Position numbers and translations under genes: made by a program. The notes beneath the pieces were generated by a model that did no database searches, had not been told where the DNA came from, and saw only the letters and a program-made list of their open reading frames with translations. This document shows positions 39,301 through 52,171 of a stretch of 64,000 nt of DNA, in pieces (positions within the stretch are counted from its first letter, which is position 1; each line of letters begins with the position of its first letter). Origin of the DNA: Chrysemys picta bellii (lineage: Eukaryota); NCBI RefSeq assembly GCF_011386835.1, contig NC_088804.1:42718001-42782000 (forward strand), read 5' to 3'.

Positions 39301-41842
39301 CAGACAATGGAATGGGGCAGGAGCACTTAGCAAGTCACATGCTCCACAAGGCTGCTATGAAATTTTTACTACAGGCAAAGCCAGCTGGTTCCAAACCAAT
39401 TATATTCCTTATTTCTCTCGCTCACATGCACATACTCAACTCCTTACAGGATAAGATGCAGCTGAAATCAGGTGCATTTAAAATACTTTAAAAGGATCCA
39501 TTCAATTAGTTTTAATATTACAGCAACTACATGAAAACAAATGCTCCCTGTTAGTAATACTCTTGTGCAATCCATCGCTGTTGCAGCATGCAACCATTTT
39601 CACACAGATGTATACGAGCATTTGGGAAGGGGAAGGTTTGAAGATCAACTCCTGAAGCAAAAGCTGACATCCTTTGTCACCAACAGCCAGCACCATCAGC
39701 ACCGCTGCCATTTAAAGCATTGCATCCTAGCTAGGATCTTAGTCAACAATGGGCGGCAAGAGTCAAGGAGTCAGGGAGCTCTGGGAACATGCCAATCCCG
39801 GGTGCTCCGCAGGGCACTGGGAACAGCTGGGGCCTACTGAACTGAATAAAATGCTTTACACTTGTAGTGGCCAACTTCCAAGCATTTTAGTGCTTTGGCA
39901 CGTAACACGTTAAGCACATAAAACCTGAAATGCTAAGCTCTAAACCAGTCTCTTTTCAAGCACGAAAGTTCATGCAGCTCAGTAGGGTCTGCTCTGCAAT
40001 CAGTTCCCTGAAGTGCTCCTAAGTCTGAAAACCTTACGGAACTACGTTTGCCTCATCTCTCCTGGGGAACTCAAGTACTGCTCAGGAAAGGGAATTCCCT
40101 GCTGTTTCATTCCTGCAGACCCACACTACTGCCTTAAGTGTGCAAAAGCAGAGGTCCTCATCTGCACAGCCTCCAAGATGCATTAGAAGGGAACCCTGCT
40201 ACATGCTCATCAAGTCCTACAGAAAACATGCATCCCAGAAGCCTGGCTCCAGAGAAAGGTTTGTTCCCACATATCCACCCATTCCCTACTCTAACTTACA
40301 GCTAAGTGATATAATACATATACAAGGTACAAAACAAGTGTGGAAAAATTAAAGTAACTTGCATCAATATTCTATTACTCTTAAAATTCATACATGATTT
40401 AACTTCATCACTGATGTGAAAATTTACCTTAATCTGTCCCACAAAACATACCTACAAACTCCAACCTGTGTATTACTAACTGCAGATTTACATAGTCAGA
40501 TGCATACACTGCGAAGCGGTTTGCAAGGATGTCAAGGGTCAGCATTAAGGTTATTGGAATGTAGGTGGTGAGCTTTCCCATTTCCCATGTTGCTAACCAC
40601 ATGTATGAACTACAAGGGCAATAGAACATTTGCTTTAACTATCCATTTCCACATTTTCCAAAAGGGAGGGATTTTTAACATTCTAGTTTCGCACTGATAA
40701 GGTTCTATTGTTGAATGTAACAATGTTAGCTATACGTTCTCAAAGTATTGCATCTGCATTAGAATACAGTGTCACAGATGTGCTTCATACTTGGGACTTC
40801 TGGAAGATACACGCTGAACATGTGGCTTTTGAACAAGAGTCCTGAATGCAGAAGATACCACTGGCTCCTGGGATGAGTCTGGCGTCTCACTCAGCTCAGT
40901 GCTCTGGCTGTCCTGCTCCATAATCAGTCTGCTTATAGTGAACAAGCGTTTACTCTTTGGAGGTGATTTAGGTATGTCTGAGGTCTCCAAGGGTGGATTC
41001 TCCTCTTCTCTCTGCCTCTTGAGTCTGTGGGATACAGAAGGGGACAATTGCTTGGGGAAAGAAAAGTCTGTTTCATCCAGTTTGGTAAAGGCTGCATCAG
41101 AATCTTGGGAATTTGACAAGGTCTTGAAAGCTTCTCTCAGAGCAGAAATCCCATATGTGGTTACAGTTCCAGGCGGCTGCCTATAAAATAAATGAAGCTA
41201 AGCAGGTTACATCAACGATTTCAACAATACAAGGCTCTACTTCACTAAAATCACAGCTGCTCCCCTCACTCTGCCCCATAGCTAAGCTCCTACCAAATTC
41301 ACATCCATGCAAAAGCACATCACAGACCATGAAATCAGACCTTCCCCCGTGAAATCTAGCTATTGGAGGGGACAGGGAGAGACAGGGCTGGGGGCATCCC
41401 AACCGGGGACTGCTCCCATGCACCAGGCTCCAGCTGCTAGTCCTGTTCTGTCAGGGACAGGACTTCCGCTTCCCCAGCACAGCCGCTTTCAGAGGGAGGT
41501 CAGACCCACCTCCGGGTACCTCTCCCGGCTGCAGGAAGCTCCAAAGATGCTGCCTTCAGAGCCCAGCTTTCAGCCCCTTCAGCTTTGAAGGCAGCGCAGC
41601 CGCGGAACTTCCTGTAGTCGGAAGATCCCAGAGTTGGGTCTGACCTCTCCCCAAGAGTGGCCGTGCAGGGAAAGAGGAAGTCCTGTCCCTCCCCAGCTGG
41701 CCCGGACTAGCAGCTACGAGCCCCCAGCTGGGGCACTTCCAGCAGCACAGGGGGAGATCAGACCCACCTCCAGGAAGCTCTGTGGCTGCTGTCTTCAGAG
41801 CCCAGCTTTGAAGGCAGCGCAGAAGTGATGGTGGCAATCCCG

Positions 41843-41892
<50 letters not shown>

Positions 41893-44800
41893 TCCCCTTT
41901 TGGGGCAGGACCCCCATGGTTACAACACCGGGAAATTTCAGGCGTAAACATCTTAAAACGGGAAATTGACTAATTTTAAAACCCTCTGGCCATGAAACTG
42001 ATCAAAATGGACAGTGAATTTGGTAGGGCCCTATTCATAGCAAACAATCATGCCTGAAAGTCCATCACAACACAACGCATTCTCAATCTCCACTGACTCA
42101 TCTCCCTTCTACAAGAACTTCGGTGTCATGTACCATCCTGCCAGCAGTGCAGGTGAGCTGCCTCCTCCAAGACCAGTAGCTCTCAAACTTTGTTAGTGGT
42201 GACCCCTTTCACAAAGCAAGCCTCTGAGTGCGACCCCCTTATAAAGATACAAAAAAGAGTTTTTAATTTAACACCATTATAAATGCTGGAGGCAACACGG
42301 GATTTGGGGTGGAGACTGACAGCTCACGACCTCCCATGTAATAACCGCACGACCCCTTGAGGGGTCCCGACCCCCAGTTTGAGAACCCCTTGTCCCAGAC
42401 AGATGTCATTACTGCTTGGTAATGACAGCAACGATCCTGAAAGCATCCGTGAGGCCATATGGAATATGGGTGACCATTTATAATATTGATACCAATATTC
42501 CAAAATTGCAATGAATCCTACAAGATATGCCATGTAAGGTATCAGGGGAAAGGTATGATTTGATAAGTATAATCATGTTTATATGTATCGTCTTTCCATT
42601 GAGTTCTAAACGTGTGATGTATTTGTATATCGAACTTGTGCTTTGTTTCTGGGTGACACCCCCAGAGAGTTTGGCACCAACGCTGTCCAGTCTGTTGGAT
42701 GGCCCATCAAAGGCAATCAGCTGTACAATGAACCCACTGAGAGAAGCCAGGGGCTACCCTATGACTCAGCGGGACACGCCCCTGGACAGGGGACTCCAAG
42801 TGCTTGTCCATGCCCATGTGCTGTGAGCTTGTGTTTGGGACAAAGGATATAAAAAGGCAGCTGCATCTTCTCCATTTTCAATCCTGCTTTCCACCTCTGG
42901 AGCATCTTCTCTACAAACTGAAGCTTTTAACAAAGCACTGATAGACCCATGCAAGCTTTGGATGTTTTCCAGGGGGGCTTTCCAAGCCAGCAAACTCACC
43001 AATGCTGCTAAGAACCTGATGTATGGACTCTGAAGTCATATGTATGTATCTGACTGCTTTGACCATTTAACAACTCTCTTCTTCTTTTATAATAAAACTT
43101 TTCGTTGTAGATGCTAAAGGACTGGCTGGCAGCGTGGTATTTTGGGTAAGATCCAAATAGTATTGATCTGGCAATGTGGCTGGCCCTTTGGGGATCAGAA
43201 AAACATTCTGTGTAGTGCAGGGGTTCTAAAACTGGGGGTTGTAAGGATATTACCTGGGAGGCCATGAGCTGTCAGCCTCCACCCCCAAGCCCTGCTTTGC
43301 CTCCAGCATTTATAATGGTGTTAAACATATAAAAAAGTGTTTTTAATTTATTAGGGGGGGTTCGCATTCAGGGGCTTGCTGTGTGAAAGGGGTCACCAGT
43401 ACAAAAGTTTGAGAACCACTGGTGCAGCAAACAGAGTTTTAAAAAACTTCTCACTGTACTGGACCTATTTGCTGATTGGGAGCCAGAGAACTGGAATGCA
43501 ATAAAGGGTGCTGTGTGATTTCGTTTTTAGCTTCTTGATAACCATTGTGGGAGATCAGGAGCACAGTTTGGGACTAGTTGGTGAATCTAACTTCAGTGTT
43601 AACCACCAGTTTTGGCAGAACCTGCTCTCCTTTTTGCAGCCTGCCCTGACCTTGGCATTTTCAGTGTCGGCTACCGTAGGCACCTCGGATCACAGCATCC
43701 ATCTGTTTTATCCCTCCAAAGAGTGGCAAACTAAATGCTATTGACCAAACCTATGTCCTCTGAACCATGGACACACCAAAACCCTTCTGTAAACATAAGG
43801 CCCTCTCTCATTCGCCACCTGTCACAAGGGACACCTTCCCTTCCTATAGTCCAAACACTCACCAGGGTACTCTTCAGAAAAAAAGATTAATGTTTTAATT
43901 CAAAGCTAGACAGCCTGGTGAAAAATCCTCAAGTAGTAGCCCCTGGGGCAGCACAACTGCATTGGCACATGGCAAAAAGTTACAGCGGCCTGCACAGAGC
44001 TAAACCAGTGGGTGCTACAATTCAGAAGCAAAATTCTGGCAAACTTCATTCACCATATGTGGTCAGCTTTCCTCTCTAAGTTGCTAATGCATCACCACAG
44101 CTGCTCACCTCTCAAAGTCATTTGAAGACATTTCCACACTGTCTGGAGCGACCGCTGGTGGTTGCTTAGCTACTTCCACACTGTCTGGAGCGACCGCTGG
44201 TGGTTGCTTAGCTACTTCCACACTGTCTGGAGCTGCCGCTGGTGGTTGCTTAGCTACTTCCACACTGTCTGGAGCGACCGCTGGTGGTTGCTTAGCTACT
44301 TCCACACTGTCTGGAGCGACCACTGGTGGTTGCTTAGCTACTTCCACAGGCTCTGGAACGAATGCCAGCTTCTTAGTTTCACCAATATATTCTGAATTCA
44401 AAGTCTTTTTCGCCATCTTTGACAGGAAGAAAGCACATAATCATTACAAATAGAACTCCATGGAACTGCATTTATTTTACTCCCATTCCACAGACATGGA
44501 ACATTATTTAATTAAGTGCACAATCCCTGCAATTACTTGCTGTTCTATGGTCAGGGTGCTATTTAGTATATTGGAGATAAGATAATTGGTCATTTTTCAG
44601 GTGTTCTGCAGTAGTTACATGTGTAGAGTTAAGTTATCTTGATTAAGAACTTAAATAACCACCAAGTCATTTTATAGGATGGAACCTTAAGAGAAGGTCT
44701 GAATTTTAAATGCTAAAAACTTATTCCCTTGGTGCTCTGGTCCCAAAACTTTAGAGCCAGACATTTGTATCTGACTTCTGAGTACAAGTCAAAAATATTA

Positions 44801-47800
44801 CACGTCAATAAGACAAAAACAAATTGGTAACTTCTTTCTAATTCATATCATTTGAGACTATTGTATCAACATTATAAAAGTTATCTGCATCTCTGTGAGC
44901 CAGAGATTGTATTCTAACTGAACAGAGGTGGTTTACCAAGTCTCCCCAGGGATCTACAATGACTGGAGGTGATTATTGCACATCCTGGGACAGGTAAACA
45001 TCACCAACGCAGTATAACCCCAAAGGATTTTACAAATAGTGGACCAGACCAGTTTCCAGAGGCCCAGGAAACCAAGAAAGGCTTTCGGTACAAAAAGTGA
45101 ACTTAAAGCAAGGGATTGGGGGGTTGTTCTTTACCTGAAAACTGACCTGAACCTTTAACAAGAGGGCAAGGCCTGCTGGAAGGATCTGAAGGACTTTGAC
45201 TCCTACCAGACCCTCATGTGAAAGATGAGTCGCTTCTAATATGCACTTAAGACTTTTCATGGTTTTATGACAATTTTTCCTCTGTAATTCTTTTGTTCTT
45301 AAATAGACATACTTTGCTTTGTGAAGGCTAGCTGGTTCCTTGTCCTTCAGGAAAAAGAGTGAACCCATGGGTGGGGAGCTAGGTCAGACGGCTGGGATAG
45401 TCACAGAGAAAAACAAGCCTAAATCCCAGATCTGAAGGGAGAGAGGACGCTGCCTATAGAGAGGTGACAGCTGGAGGCCTGAGACCTAAGGGTGTATCCC
45501 TTGAACAGAGCACGGAGGGGTTAGAGGTGACATGCATCACATGCAATTTTCCCGCAGACCATGGGGGTGACAGCTGGGGTAGGGCTGAAATGTGGGTAGC
45601 AAGGTAGACACATACTGTCAAGAGAAAGGGCTCTGAATCCTCCAGGTAGGTCTCCAAGAACTGGAACGCACTCTGCTGAAAAGTCTTGTAGGAAAAATTT
45701 CGGATCATCGTATGAGACAAATTCTTCTCACGGATAATGCTGAGCAACTCTGTCCTCAGTTTCTAGTCAAGAGGCAAGAACATTCTGAATATGTACAAAT
45801 GATACAAGTTACAAATGCAGGAGCTAGGGGTTTGGGTGGAGAGGGGACTTCCCCACTGACACTACAACATTATCAGCTAATTTACACTGATTAAATTAGG
45901 AAGCAAAAGCCAAAATGTCTAGAGTCTGTGTCAGCATTGCCAACTACACTCGCTTTCGGTGCCGGACAACGCAATGGTAGCAACAGACAGAAATGAAGAA
46001 AAGGAAATACATGTTTGGGAACATATTGCACAGCCAACAAGATACCCCATCGCACACCCCAAAAATTCACATAATCAAACTCACCTGGGTGCTGGGATCC
46101 TTTGCCATGGTTTTTTTCAGAATTTTTGAGGCTTTATCAAACTCTCTCTTTTTAATACAAATGATAACAGCCTAGAGAGGAAAAAGAGGATCTCAGTTTT
46201 TATATGTGTATCAATTCAACCACATCTCCTAAATCAGCTTCACAAACAGCACAGGCAAAATGCAAGCAAAGCCTCTGACGTTCCTTCCAAATACTATCCA
46301 AGTAACATGGAAATAACACTTTTTGCACCAAACACCTTAATGAGCTGCTAACCTGAAATCCTACTATACCCTTCTAACTATCCCATTAATGCAAGGTTAC
46401 AATTACGGATTGCGTTACCTAATTTTCATGTGTATGGTGCCATTCAATTCAGCAAAATACTTATTGTAAATGTACATGAACACCCCTGAAGTTTGAGAAC
46501 CCATCAGTTCTCACCAGATTTCCTTGGCTTAATTTTAAACAAACAAGTAGCCTTCTACAGGACCACAGAGTTACGTGGCACGTCAATACTAAAAGAAGCT
46601 GACATGGCCCCTCCCCAGAGAGCTTACAAGTGAAGGTAGACAGCATATGGCTGTAGGAAGGGGAGAAAACGTGCCAAAGGTTTGCTTATTGTAGCATAAT
46701 ATGCAATAAAACATCATAGTTACATTTTATATTTTACATATATCATATATGCAAACTTTATCCCAGGCCAGCAAATTGAACAGACCAGTCTGCAGGGGAT
46801 GACTAGTTGCAATAGTAAGTTTTTAGGAGGGATTCTTAGATTCTAAGAGCATTCTGGTTCTACATTTAAAAGGTCCTCCAATAAAGAGAAGAGAGAAAGG
46901 ATGCATTATTTCTAATATAGTCAATAGAGAAAATGGTAATAGCAAAAGGAATGTTCTGCTTTTCAGGTCACCTTTAATAGAGTTACAGATCCTGATAAGT
47001 TACTATCTTCCTAGCAATGGAAAGCTCCCGGAAATAAGACAAATGATGGAGGGAAGATCTGAGAGGGGACAATTGCCTTCAGTGTAAGGGAAGCTTTTTT
47101 TTTTTTTTCAATTAGATTAAAGCTTATAAAAGTCTAAACTATTTGAATGAAAAAGGAGAACTTGACCCTTACAGCTTGCTTCACCATTTTTCTAACAGAT
47201 TCCATTGCCACCTCAGACACAGGGAATTCTCTCTCAATCAGCTCCAGCACACCGATTGCAGATTCAAGAGGGGTGAGCTCTGACTCTGTATCAAAGGTGC
47301 AATCTACAATTAAAAGAAACAATGCATTCCTATTGGTTTTAAAACAGACACACAAATCTACCTGGGCCCAAGAAATCCTCCACAGGAAGCAGCCAAAACA
47401 AGTAGGCTAGGATTTGCTGTTAGGCCACTAATGCTGCAGTAACTGACACAGCAGAGAACTGCACAGACAAAACAGTTATGATCAAGAAAGGCAAGAAAGG
47501 CTGTCTAAGGTATGCGAGGTCCTCAAAAAGAAACATGACGTTTGGTGAGTTTGAAATTAAAAGCAATAAACATTGCGAGCTGAGTATGTGGAGGTTTCCT
47601 TTAATTTACACTCTCAAGAGAAAAATCAGGAATTAACACACTGAATAAAAGTTACAGAAGATTACACTAACGTAGTTTAAATACTCAAACATCAAGAAAT
47701 TTAAAAGTAAAGTTCTTGCCATAATATTGAAAGGGCATTGTCGTCAGATCAAATTTGATCCCCAAGTTTAAGTTTTCCTCAACTACAACTAGATCTAAGA

Positions 47801-49069
47801 CTGATATACGTGGTTGCTTTACTTAATGTTTTAATTCCAATTGAAAGCAAAAACAAAGTCTTCTCCACAGTGTTTTCACTCAAACATTGTGTTCTTGTTC
47901 TATCACAGGAGAAATGAAGAATTAAATTGATTACCTATACATTGTTTGCAAAAGAAAGTGGAAGTGACTTTGTTCCAGATGACAGAGAGAAAATATGGAA
48001 TCCCTGCAAAGAAGCCAGGTTTTTCTTAAACAAAAACTTTTGTTTGGGTTTTAGGCTATTAATAACAGAATGTTTGATGTTTACCCCACATCGTGCCTTC
48101 AAGTGACAATGCTAAACAGGAAAAAATAAATCATACCTCAGTCTGAAAGTTTTACCTATTATTGTTCGATTCCTATAACTGAAAAGAGTGATAATTACTT
48201 CCCTATTTCCCAGTTTGTTTACCCAGCACATTAACTACCCTATGAGAAGAGTCACTTTTGATTACGTCGGTTCTGGTCAGAGGCATTATCCCTACTATTA
48301 GCAGGCCCATGTCCTTTCCTTTGCAGAAAAGACTCTTATAAATAAAAAACACAAGCAGATTATTTCAAGGAATTATAAAAGAGGTTTCAGAGGCCTTTAC
48401 CCAAACCTGAACTTCAATTTAAAACAATCCAAATAGCGTAGTTGGTTTTCCTCGGCCAAACAGTAAATAAAAAGCAATTTCAACAGAACCGTCACTGTGC
48501 ATAGGCAATGCAGTGAGGTGAATGACACTTTGGGAACAGGGCTGAGCACCAGTAAGGCAAATTGTGACGCTGTTCTCTCGTACCTAGGTTCTCTCCCTCC
48601 TCAATTCTTGAAAGAAACTGCATAATCCGGAGCAGACGGGAGACTGCAGGCTCCTTAACCAGGGGCCGCAGTAGCAGAGCTAGAGAGAGAGAAGACAGAG
48701 AGCTTGGGACACCCAAGTCAGAACCACCCCCCACCACCATCCCGGAGTTGGACCCAAGAGCCCCCTTCCCCCTCCCCGAGCGGGCGGGCCCCGCTCCCCA
48801 CTCCCATTCCCCTCCCCGGGCGGGCCCCCCTCCCTCCCCGGGCGGGCCCCCCTCCCTCCCCGGGCGGGCCCCTCACCCTGCATCACGTCGCGGAACTCGC
48901 GGAAGTCCCGGTTCCGACGGGCCCGATAGGCCCCCACGGCCTGGTGGAAGTAGAACTGCAGCACCCAGCGGTTCACCGCCTCCTCGGGGGCGCGGAGCCC
49001 CAGCGCCCCCTTCCCAGCCGCCATGGGCCCCCGCCGGCTCCGGGAGACCCGTCCGCGCCCGCCAGCCAT
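36382..49069 (-). CDS. TERF2: Telomeric repeat-binding factor 2 (549 aa from ATG 49069; 10 exons)
   Basis: Exons 49069-48877, 48679-48584, 47303-47173, 46171-46085, 45762-45616, 44416-44109, 41180-40791, 38794-38709, 37843-37791, 36540-36382 (1650 nt). TRFH ([14 protein letters not shown]...LTPLESA), RAP1-binding-like region (LREAFKTLS), TIN2-binding-like region ([12 protein letters not shown]), Myb domain ([13 protein letters not shown]...[16 protein letters not shown]). Other in-frame ATGs at 49099 and 49024. Confidence 0.96.
41283..42033. mobile_element. Non-autonomous hAT element containing a (CA)n microsatellite
   Basis: TIRs TAAGCTCCTACCAAATTCAC ... GTGAATTTGGTAGGGCCCTA; TSD CCCATAGC/TTCATAGC; (CA)n ~41845-41887. 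Confidence 0.75.
42174..42392 (-). mobile_element. hAT-type MITE (~205 bp family, copy 2)
   Basis: Reverse-complement homolog of 15987-16192; TSD TCCAAGAC/TCCCAGAC. Confidence 0.8.
42448..43694 (+). mobile_element. Solo LTR in TERF2 intron 6 (antisense to TERF2)
   Basis: (C)GTGAG...TCACA termini with 5-bp TSD GCATC (42443-42447 / 43695-43699); TATAAAAA 42848; AATAAA 43091; AP-1 TGACTCA 42762. Confidence 0.75.
43218..43421 (+). mobile_element. hAT-type MITE (~205 bp family, copy 3) nested in the LTR
   Basis: CAGGGGTTCTAAAA...TTTGAGAACCACTG; degenerate 8-bp TSD GTGTAGTG/GTGCAGCA. Confidence 0.8.
44132..44347 (-). repeat. Coding 42-bp tandem repeat (5 copies plus partial) in TERF2 exon 6
   Basis: Unit TTCCACACTGTCTGGAGCGACCGCTGGTGGTTGCTTAGCTAC on +, encoding [14 protein letters not shown] on -. 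Confidence 0.95.
44900..45540 (+). mobile_element. Possible old LTR fragment in TERF2 intron 5
   Basis: LTR-like composition and layout similar to the other LTRs here, ending ...GGTGACA; no TSD found. Confidence 0.3.
46437..46660 (-). mobile_element. L2-like LINE 3' remnant
   Basis: CATTCAATTCAGCAAAATACTTATTG (reverse L2-type tail) followed by CCCCTCCCCAGAGAGCTTACAAG. Confidence 0.4.
48770..48874 (-). repeat. G-run tandem repeat (~22-bp unit) at the start of TERF2 intron 1
   Basis: CCCCGGGCGGGCCCCCCTCCCT about three times on +, G-rich on the TERF2 sense strand. Confidence 0.75.
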
Positions 49070-49082
49070 CCCGCGCCAGGAT

Positions 49083-49253
49083 CCGGAAGTGACGCGCATA
49101 GCACGACGGAAGTGACGGCATCCCCCCGCTGCTGCCCTCTCGACTCCTTAGGGAAAGCGAGCGCCCCCTGCCCTTCCTCCTCTTATTGCCAAGCGAGGCG
49201 CACGGGCGACTACAACGACCAGCATGCACTGCGGCCTACGGTTCCCAATATGC
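49083..49253 (-). promoter_or_regulatory. TERF2 promoter: two ETS and two ZNF143-like motifs in a CpG island
   Basis: CCGGAAGTGAC from 49083 and CGGAAGTGAC from 49107; GACTACAACGACCAGCATGC 49208-49227; CTACGGTTCCCAATATGC 49236-49253. Confidence 0.65.
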
Positions 49254-50096
49254 CCCGCAGACCGGATCTCCCGGCCTGCACTGCGTTGCGCGCCCCCTGC
49301 CGGCCCCGACGAGCCATGCAGGCCCCGGCTCGGCCCACTCCGGAGGGATTTAATGGGATGTTCACACTGGGGCTGGCGGCGCGTGTTCTTCGAGGGAACC
49401 GTGTCTTATTCCGCACCCCAGTCATTAGCCAGAGAGTCCCGCCCTTCCCCAGTCCTTACACGTCCCATTGTCGGGCCTGTTCCGGGCACTAACAGCCCCT
49501 GCTGCAAACAGGGCGGCCCAAGTGCCTCATCCTCGGTGCTGCACCCCTGGGGTTACATTAGGGGAGAATTCAGCCTATTGCCCGTACCAGCCACTCGGTA
49601 ATACAAACTGCTCTTCTTTCCTAGGGATTGTGCAACAGAGCAGTGAGAGACGAGTGACCCCAGGAACCCCGGCCCGGTCCCTGTGCCCTGATTAAAAGAG
49701 TCTCCACATTTCTACATGTAATCACCTTGGTTCCAGATTCCTTATACATATAACTACACATTTGCTAAAAACATTCTCCTAATCTCTAGTAACAAATTAA
49801 TGATGGTTGAAAATCTTTTTCAACATATAAAAAAGCAGGAATTGAATGGCCACCTCTTTCTCTTAACTGTCCAGAATATAATAACAACTCCTCACAGGCC
49901 CAGAAAATATTGTCTTATCTTGATACCACCATTTTGAGTCCCATTAATAACCTTGGATTAACTCTGTTTGAGTCTTGCTAATGCTAATTTAGTCAAAATA
50001 TAAAATTAGACAAACTGTGTTCACATGCAGAATTCTGGGCCTGTCACTTAAGTAATTAAGACATGTTGGTGCCACCCTCAGTTTGAAGTTGTGCTA

Positions 50097-50930
50097 CTAT
50101 GGTACGCCCACATCTTGAATACTGTGTGCAGATGTGGTCTTCCCATCTCAAAAAAGATCTATTGGAATTCGAAAAGGTTCAGAAAAGGGCAACAAAAATT
50201 ATGAGGGGTATGGAACGGCTTCCGTATGAGGAGAGATTAATAAGACTGGAACTTTTCAGCTTGGAAAAGAGACGGCTAAGGGGAGATATGATTGAGGTCT
50301 ATAAAATCATGATTGGTATAGAGAAAGTAGATAAGGAAGTCCTTGTTTACACAAGAACTAGGGGGTCACCAAATTAAATTAATAGGCAGCAGATTTAAAA
50401 CAAAAGGAAGTATTTAGGGGGGATAGCTCAGTGGTTTTGAGCATTAACCTGCTAAACCCAGAGTTATGAGTTCAGTCCTTGAGGGGGACACTTAGGAATC
50501 TGGGGCAAAATCAGTACTTGGTCCTGCTAGTGAAGGCAGGGGGCTGGACTTAATGACCTTTTGGGGTCCCTTCCAGTTCTATGAGATAGGTATATCTCCA
50601 TATATTAATATTAAAAACAATTCACACAGCGCACAGTCAACCTGTGGAACTTCTTGCCAGAGGATGTTGTGAAGGCCAAGACCATAACAGGGAACTAGAT
50701 AAATTCATGGAGGAAAGGTCCATCAGTGGCTATTAGCCAGGATGGGCAGGAATGGTGTCCCTAGCTTCTGTTTGCCAGAAGCTGGGAATGAGCAACAAGG
50801 GATGGATCACTTGATGATTACCGGTTCTGTTCATTCCCTCTGGGGCACCTGGCACTGGCTGCTGTCCAAAGACAGGACACTGGGCTAGATGGACCTTTGG
50901 TCTGACCCTCTAGGGCCATTCTTATGTTCT
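50097..50930 (+). mobile_element. 5'-truncated CR1 LINE about 1 kb upstream of TERF2
   Basis: ORF 50099-50377 [20 protein letters not shown]...[22 protein letters not shown]; tail GGCCATTCTTATGTTCT; same family as the VPS4A copy. Confidence 0.93.
50416..50612 (+). mobile_element. tRNA-derived SINE with CR1-like 3' half, nested in CR1
   Basis: A box TAGCTCAGTGG 50424-50434, B-box-like GAGTTCAGTCC 50468-50478; 3' part GGGGCTGGACTTAATGACCTTTTGGGGTCCCTTCCAGTTCTATGA; interrupts CR1 between AAGTATTT and TTCACACAGC. Confidence 0.8.
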
Positions 50931-52171
50931 ACCCTTTCTTCTTTTGCATTTAAGAATATGTGAAAGAGGGAAGGGAGTAACACTCTCTAGCATACTATAC
51001 AATAGTGCTCTCCCAGACCTGAGGATATCCTAGCTTCATCCTAATTTCTTCATAGATCTCGTTCTCTTCTAGCTTTGAATATTTGGTGGTATTGTAAATT
51101 AATCTTTCATTGCCAACAACTCTTCTTCTTCCCCTCATGTATAATACTCCTTCCAGGAATCTTGGAAACTGAACTAATTTTAGTAGGATCAATGCTCCTG
51201 TCCCCTCTTTTGTTCCTAATGCAAATCCTATCTGAAGACAGCTGTCTTCCTTTCAGTATGCTAGTTAACATACTGCAGGATTTATTCCTACAGACAAAGA
51301 ATGTATGTGAGTGATTGAGTTTATAATATTACAGCCAATGACTGCCTTGCCTTCATTCTTTCCTTTCTTGTTTTCAATCCCAACATTCTTTTTCTGTTAG
51401 ATTCCTTTTCTATGTAATGCCAGTTCTAATCCCCAACAGACCTAAATTCTCTCTTTGGTGTGTGCCTCCTATAAAAACATTTCCTGTTGCAAACAATAAC
51501 CGTGCATAGATTCCTAGTGTCTAACAGTGACCCCTTTTTGAAGCCCTGCACTGATAGGCTCCAAAAAGGATTGTTCATCCATTTCTACTCAGTTAGAAAA
51601 GTCATTACAAATGGGAGTTCTGTTTGGCTTTCAGGATATCCACACCCTTTCCTCCCCTCCAGGGGCTCCATAGAAGAGAAAAAGGAGGAAAAAGAAACAA
51701 GAAAAATCAATGTGTGTCAAATGGAAAACAATAAAACTGGGAGGGAAAGAAATGCTATTGGCAAACAAACAAAGGGAAGTAAAAATAATTAAAATCTGCA
51801 AGAGCAAGAGGATGATGTGTTTTCACCTCTGGATTGAGTTGAGTGACCTCTACAGTGTATACACAGTCATGGGGCAGTTAGAATGGAACTAATTATAACC
51901 TGATTGTCACAAGGTTCATTTGTTCGAATGCAGCACTGAAGGGTTAGGAAGGATACAGAGAAATCTACAGATCCATACTGTGTCCTGTTCTGTGAGGCAG
52001 CATGACAGAATTACACAGTTTCCTTAGGGTCCCTTACCGTATAAAATGGGCAAGAGCTAATGGAGCAAGCAAGATGACTCAGGTCTCAACCCATAAGACC
52101 ATGGCACAACAGCTGATCAGTTTGGTGTGCTGTATTGGCTACTCATGATCCAAGGGAAACATTATTACCAA

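Noticed and set aside
44132-44347. Regular repeat that might be taken for a CRISPR array
   Set aside because: Head-to-tail units with no unique spacers, eukaryotic context, and in frame within TERF2 exon 6.
48704-49492. 262-aa Pro-rich ORF antisense to TERF2 exon 1
   Set aside because: Expected stop-poor frame in a CpG island; low complexity, no homology recognised.
50416-50490. Possible tRNA gene
   Set aside because: A and B boxes are present but there is no complete cloverleaf; it continues into a SINE body.
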